A stretch of 64,000 nucleotides of DNA, taken from positions 544,001 through 608,000 of the forward strand of contig CBDBLV010000004.1 of NCBI GenBank assembly GCA_965207225.1, given 5' to 3'. The stretch is from Dehalococcoidia bacterium (GTDB lineage Bacteria; Chloroflexota; Dehalococcoidia; Plut-88900). This document shows positions 59,357-64,000 of the stretch, piece after piece. Below the pieces are notes generated by a model, which ran no database searches, was not told the DNA's origin, and saw nothing but the letters and a program-made list of their open reading frames with translations. The position numbers and the translations under genes were made by a program. Positions within the stretch are counted from its first letter, which is position 1, and every line of letters begins with the position of its first letter.

Positions 59357-59809
59357 ATGCTAAAGGCCGGAGACCAGGCCCCCGATTTCGAGGCGGTGCT
59401 GGACAATGGAGAGAAAGTATCGCTCAGTCAGTTCAAGGGCAAGAACGTGGTCCTATACTTCTATCCTAAAGACAACACGTCAGGTTGAACCAGGGAAGCA
59501 TGCGACTTCCGGGACAATATCTCGTCCCTGGAAGACAAGAACGCCGTGGTTCTCGGCGTCAGCCCCGACAGTGTGAAGTCTCACCAGAAGTTCAAGGACA
59601 AATTCGACCTGCCATTCCCGCTCATTAGCGACGAGGCCAAGGACGTAGCGCAGGCCTATGGTGTGTGGCGAGAGAAGAAGATGTACGGGAAAACGCGCAT
59701 GGGGATCGTGCGTTCGACCTTCATTATTGATGGCGATGGCATGATTGCCAAGGCCTACGATTCAGTGAAGGTTGCCGGACACGCAGATGACGTGATAGCG
59801 AGCATCTAG
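59357..59809 (+). CDS. bcp: BCP/PrxQ peroxiredoxin with in-frame UGA (probable selenocysteine)
   Basis: [13 protein letters not shown](59486-88)-TREACDFRD continues in frame; joins the two split ORFs of the track. Confidence 0.85.
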
Positions 59810-59839
59810 CCTTCAGATTGCCTACCGCCGGAGGACACT

Positions 59840-60631
59840 ATGAGGCCGAACAAGATTAAACAGCTCTGGAGAGAAGGCAAGCCTGCGGCGATAGCGTGGG
59901 TCGGGAGTGCGGACCCTTACATGGCCGAAGTGCTGGCCAACGTGGGCCTCGATGCGCTGGTGCTGGACATGCAGCACGGCATGGGCATCGGGCCCGACAG
60001 AGCCGCGCAGTGGTTCCAGGCAGTCAGTACGACGGGCACCGTACCGATGGCCCGGGTCCCGTGGAACGATCCGGTCTGGTTCCAGTGGGTGCTGGACGCG
60101 GGAGCGTACGGGGTCATCGTGCCCCTGGTGAACGACGGTGAAGAGGCGGCGAAGGCGGGCATGTCCTGTCGATATCCGCCCATCGGGTTCAGGAGCATCG
60201 GGCCGAACAGGGCCACGCTGTACGCAGGCTCCGACTACCTGGCGCAGGCTAATGAAGAGATCATCTGCCTAGTGATGGTAGAGAACATCAACACGATCCC
60301 TAACCTGGAGGAGATGGCAAAGGTCCCGGGAATCGACGGGTTCTACATCGGGCCGGCGGATTTGGCTATTTCTATGGGGGTCAATCCGCGGGACTACCGG
60401 TCGAGTAAAGAGCACGCGGAGGCTTCTCAAAAGGTGCTGGACGTGGCTCGGGCGAACGGGATCGTTGCAGGAACGCATTGCGGAAGCCCTGAGGAAGCGA
60501 AGGAGCGGTTCGAGCAGGGATTCGTGATGTGCCCTGTGCTTTCGGATGCGGGGTTGCTGGCGTCGGCGGCTCGGAATGCGCTGGAGAGAGCTAAGACCCC
60601 GGAGGTCGACGCGGCGAAGCCGTTCTACTAG
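59840..60631 (+). CDS. HpcH/HpaI aldolase family protein
   Basis: DMQHG, RYPPIGFRS, MVE, IGPADL. Confidence 0.9.
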   Translation: MRPNKIKQLWREGKPAAIAWVGSADPYMAEVLANVGLDALVLDMQHGMGIGPDRAAQWFQAVSTTGTVPMARVPWNDPVWFQWVLDAGAYGVIVPLVNDGEEAAKAGMSCRYPPIGFRSIGPNRATLYAGSDYLAQANEEIICLVMVENINTIPNLEEMAKVPGIDGFYIGPADLAISMGVNPRDYRSSKEHAEASQKVLDVARANGIVAGTHCGSPEEAKERFEQGFVMCPVLSDAGLLASAARNALERAKTPEVDAAKPFY

Positions 60632-60635
60632 GCCA

Positions 60636-61889
60636 TTAAGGCATTCGGTTCTTCGGTCGTTGGAAAGGCACGCCCCTGGAAGCGATGGCGAAGGGGGCTG
60701 CGACGATCGTCGCAATCCCGAAGGCTACGAACACCCAGGTGTATTCCCCCATACGGTCAAAGGTCAGGCCTGCGAGGTAGGGGCCCAGGATTGCCCCAAT
60801 GGCATAGGGCGCCGATAGCATTCCTTGAATTGCGCCGATGTGCCTGTGGCCGAATTCGTCGGCCAGGAGAGGGTAGAGGACCGACCCGTAAGACTGCGCC
60901 GACAAACCGAAAATGCCTATGAACAAGGCAAGGGTCCAAGTGCTTTCCACGTTGGCGAGGGCCAATATGCCCAGCCCTTGTAGCAGATATGAGGCCGCCA
61001 GTACGATTCGCTTGTTCAACACGTCTCCCAGCCAGCCAAAACCCATCTTGGGCACAAGCCCGAGCACAGTGTAAGACGCGACTACCCAACCGCCCGTAGT
61101 GGTGGAAAGGCCCTCGGCTTCCAGGTGGGGCAAAACGTGGACGTAGACGGCGGCCAGCCCGAATATGGCCAGGAGCTGCCCTATGCCGAGGGCCCAGAAG
61201 GTCCACGTTTTCAGGGCTTCCGCAAGGGTGTAGTCTTGACCCTCGCCGCGGGTGAGGGCCGGTGCGACCGGAGGGGGACGGTCCAGGCCGTCCGGGTGGT
61301 AGCCGTACTGCTCGGGTTTGTGGCGGAGGGCCGCGGAGGTCGGGATTCCGACTATGACGAGGCCAATGGCAGCGGCCACGGAGGCCGTCCTCCAGCTGTA
61401 GGCGTCGATTATCCAGACAAGAAGCGGGGCAAGGAGGCCCCCGACATTCGATCCGCCCAGCAGTACACCATTGGCCTTGCCCCGGTGCTTGCGGAACCAA
61501 ATCGCCGCCAAAGCCGGGCCGATGCCAGCGAAGAAGATGGTCCAGCCGACGGAGAGGATGGCAAAGTCGAGGTAGAAGCTCCATGCGGAGTCGCTAACGG
61601 CTAGAAGCAGCAATGCTCCCGCGCCCAGGGCCGTGGCGATGAACATGAGGAGTCGGCCCCCGATACGGTCGAAGAGCAGGCCGACAACCACAGACCCGAC
61701 TCCCGCCATACCCTGTTGCATGGAAAAGGCAAGGGAAGTGGCTGCGCTGGAAAGTCCGAAGGTCTCCTTCCAAGGGTTGAAGAATGCCGTGAACCCGGAC
61801 CCCATCACGCCCGACCAGTAGAAGTTGATAAAGAAGAAGGAGATGGCTATCCACCATCCGTAGAAGATGCGGGGTCGGCGGTCCGGCAT
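60636..61889 (-). CDS. MFS transporter (OFA/monocarboxylate-like)
   Basis: IFYGWWI, DRIGGR, WFRKHRGKA; about 12 TM. Confidence 0.87.
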   Translation of the reverse strand: MPDRRPRIFYGWWIAISFFFINFYWSGVMGSGFTAFFNPWKETFGLSSAATSLAFSMQQGMAGVGSVVVGLLFDRIGGRLLMFIATALGAGALLLLAVSDSAWSFYLDFAILSVGWTIFFAGIGPALAAIWFRKHRGKANGVLLGGSNVGGLLAPLLVWIIDAYSWRTASVAAAIGLVIVGIPTSAALRHKPEQYGYHPDGLDRPPPVAPALTRGEGQDYTLAEALKTWTFWALGIGQLLAIFGLAAVYVHVLPHLEAEGLSTTTGGWVVASYTVLGLVPKMGFGWLGDVLNKRIVLAASYLLQGLGILALANVESTWTLALFIGIFGLSAQSYGSVLYPLLADEFGHRHIGAIQGMLSAPYAIGAILGPYLAGLTFDRMGEYTWVFVAFGIATIVAAPFAIASRGVPFQRPKNRMP

Positions 61890-62003
61890 AGGGGTGTTTC
61901 TCCTGAGGGACACTCAGGGCCGCGTGCGGGTCACGGGCATGATAGACACAAGGCCAGTCGGCAACAAGGGGAAGGGAGGCGTTGGGGAAGAAGGAATGGG
62001 GGG

Positions 62004-63302
62004 TTAAGTCGGGGCGGGGGCGGGGTTGCCGGTCCAGTAGATGCGGCGCATGGTGGGCCCTACTCCACTGACAAGGACCACCGCAAGGAATGCCAAGCCA
62101 CCGACGGCAAGGAGCCAGAAGGGATCGAACAGCTCGGCCAGGGCCCCATTGCCGAAGTTGGCGAAAGACATGATGCCGCCTGCGTGGATGATGTAGATGC
62201 TGGATATGCGGCCGCGTACGGCGTCGGGGACCATGGACTGCATCATGGTGAGGGTAATGACCATGTAAGCGGTCTGGGTGGCGCCCATGGCGCTGGCAGC
62301 AAGCATTCCGATGGCCATATTGGGGGCGAAGGCGAGCGCCAGGGGTGCAAAAGCGCTGAGGACTCCGGTGGTCAGAAGCAGTTTGCCTCTCAACCTGTCC
62401 GACCGTATTCCAGCCAGGTAGATGGACGAGACCATTGCCCCAGCCCCGACGGCCATCATCAGGTAACCCACACCGCTGCCTCCCCACCCGAACCGTTCGT
62501 CGGAGAGGACAGGCAGGAGGGCCTCGAAGGACATGGTGAGTCCGCAGTGGAAGGTTATCAGCAGGACTATCATCGTCAGCGGCGGTCTTTGATATACGTA
62601 TTTGAACCCGGCGACGAGGTTGAACAGGAACCCTTTTGTCTTCTCCATGACGCCGGATGACACCGTGCGGATGTTGAATACCAGCAGCAAGCTGAGTACA
62701 AATGGAGCGTTGCATGCGGCGAAAACCCAGCCGGGTTCCACGGTCGCCAACAGGGGAGCAATCAGTCCCGCACCGACAAGCCTGGATGCGTGGAATGTCG
62801 CCGAATTCAAAGCGTAGGCGTTGACCATCAAGTCCCTGGGGACCAGGTTTGGGACCAGGGAGAAGGCGGTTGGAGTCTGAACGGCCCGCGCTGAGCCGTT
62901 GACAAATGACAGGAACACGAGGTGCCAGAGCTCCAGGGCCCCGACGAGCGCGAGCCAGGTCAATGCGACACTTTGGGCCAGGGCCAGGACGAAGGTAAAG
63001 GCGAGGACGTGTTTTCTCACGAAGCGGTCGGCGAGATAGCCAGCGATGGGCGGGACAAGGATGAAAGGGATCATTCCGGCGAAGACGACGACGCCCACCC
63101 ACAGGTCGCCCAGCTCGTCCGCTATGTCACGGGCCACGACGGCCCGGGCGGTCATCAGGGCCCAGGTGCCCGAATCTGAAGCGAGAATGGCCGTCCAGAG
63201 GAGACGAAAGTCCCGGTGGCCGAGCGCCGGGAAGTAGCGACGGCCAACCCCACGGCTAATGTTGTCTAAAGAAGTCAATCGCCCCGGGCCTGCCTCGGGC
63301 AT
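62004..63302 (-). CDS. MFS transporter (EntS/MFS_3-like)
   Basis: ALGHRDFRLLW, GYLADRF, VPDAVRGRI. Confidence 0.87.
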   Translation of the reverse strand: MPEAGPGRLTSLDNISRGVGRRYFPALGHRDFRLLWTAILASDSGTWALMTARAVVARDIADELGDLWVGVVVFAGMIPFILVPPIAGYLADRFVRKHVLAFTFVLALAQSVALTWLALVGALELWHLVFLSFVNGSARAVQTPTAFSLVPNLVPRDLMVNAYALNSATFHASRLVGAGLIAPLLATVEPGWVFAACNAPFVLSLLLVFNIRTVSSGVMEKTKGFLFNLVAGFKYVYQRPPLTMIVLLITFHCGLTMSFEALLPVLSDERFGWGGSGVGYLMMAVGAGAMVSSIYLAGIRSDRLRGKLLLTTGVLSAFAPLALAFAPNMAIGMLAASAMGATQTAYMVITLTMMQSMVPDAVRGRISSIYIIHAGGIMSFANFGNGALAELFDPFWLLAVGGLAFLAVVLVSGVGPTMRRIYWTGNPAPAPT

Positions 63303-63315
63303 TCAGGGTTGATGT

Positions 63316-63816
63316 CTATTGTTTCCCCCAGCCGGGATTGTCGCCCCGCATTCGATTCAGCCAGTCGTCTCTTTTCTCGGGGGTGAAGATCTGTGCGGAG
63401 GCGTCGGCCATTACACCTTCTGTTAAGTCTATACGCTTGTCGGCCCCGGCCAATGAGAGGAGGCCAGGAACCGAGTATTTGCCGTAGGCACGATGCTCCC
63501 CCTCGAACCGGCCGCCGATTATGAGGGTGTCAATGCCCGAGTTCATGATGGCCCCGCAGCACATGGGGCAGCATTCGAAGGTGATGTACATGGTGCAACC
63601 GGCCAGGTAGGGGGAGCCGATGTTGGCGGCTGCATTGCGGATGGCGAGGAGCTCGGCGTGGGCGGTGGGGTCGGAGTCAACCATGACGCGGGGCTCGCTC
63701 TGTCCGATTATTTCACCGTCCTTCAGGATGATTGCAGCGACGGGGACGTCACCGTGGGACTCGGCTGTCTTGGCCAGGTCCAGGGCTTTCTGCATTATTT
63801 TTTGGTCGATTGCCAT
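63316..63816 (-). CDS. TadA-like nucleoside deaminase
   Basis: DPTAHAE and ECCPMC zinc motifs. Confidence 0.85.
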   Translation of the reverse strand: MAIDQKIMQKALDLAKTAESHGDVPVAAIILKDGEIIGQSEPRVMVDSDPTAHAELLAIRNAAANIGSPYLAGCTMYITFECCPMCCGAIMNSGIDTLIIGGRFEGEHRAYGKYSVPGLLSLAGADKRIDLTEGVMADASAQIFTPEKRDDWLNRMRGDNPGWGKQ

Positions 63817-63825
63817 GATTGCCTC

Positions 63826-63999
63826 CTATTGCCAAAACCGGTTGCAATACTCCTGTAGGGAGTCCCTGGTACTAGGAAATGCCAGGTCGTCCCAAGGGAT
63901 TTCGTCTCGGTTGAAGAATTCTATGCCAATGGACTCGTCCAAAGCTCGGGGTTCTCCACCTACAATCTCCCCCGCATATACGATGATCACTACGGGAGA
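63826..63999 (-). CDS. NUDIX hydrolase C-terminus (truncated by window edge)
   Basis: VIIVYAGEIVGGEPRALDES...EIPWDDLAFPST. Confidence 0.7.
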   Translation of the reverse strand, partial: SPVVIIVYAGEIVGGEPRALDESIGIEFFNRDEIPWDDLAFPSTRDSLQEYCNRFWQ

Positions 64000-64000
64000 G

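Overview
GC-rich bacterial chromosomal window with about 55 mostly catabolic genes: 3 luciferase-like monooxygenases, 4 PTER-like phosphotriesterase homologues, 4 amidohydrolases, 5 MFS transporters, 4 PLP aminotransferases, an amidase, a fused 2Fe-2S/Mo hydroxylase and aconitase. This paralog-rich profile suggests Chloroflexota, SAR202/Dehalococcoidia-like (inference only). It also has a TPP-riboswitch thiamine cluster, tRNA-Leu(TAG), a stand-alone 5S rRNA gene, several toxin-antitoxin genes and a BCP peroxiredoxin with an in-frame UGA at the catalytic position. The most unusual signal is non-coding: two apparently homologous cassettes (about 44900-45970 on +, about 55357-53789 on -). Each has the same ordered REP-like repeats, a sigma70 promoter, a 430-460 nt domain closed by a long-range helix with shared internal motifs, and a conserved element whose ~40-bp palindrome differs completely between copies. 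This is a candidate undescribed large structured ncRNA family. All calls were made by eye; no searches or folding programs were run.
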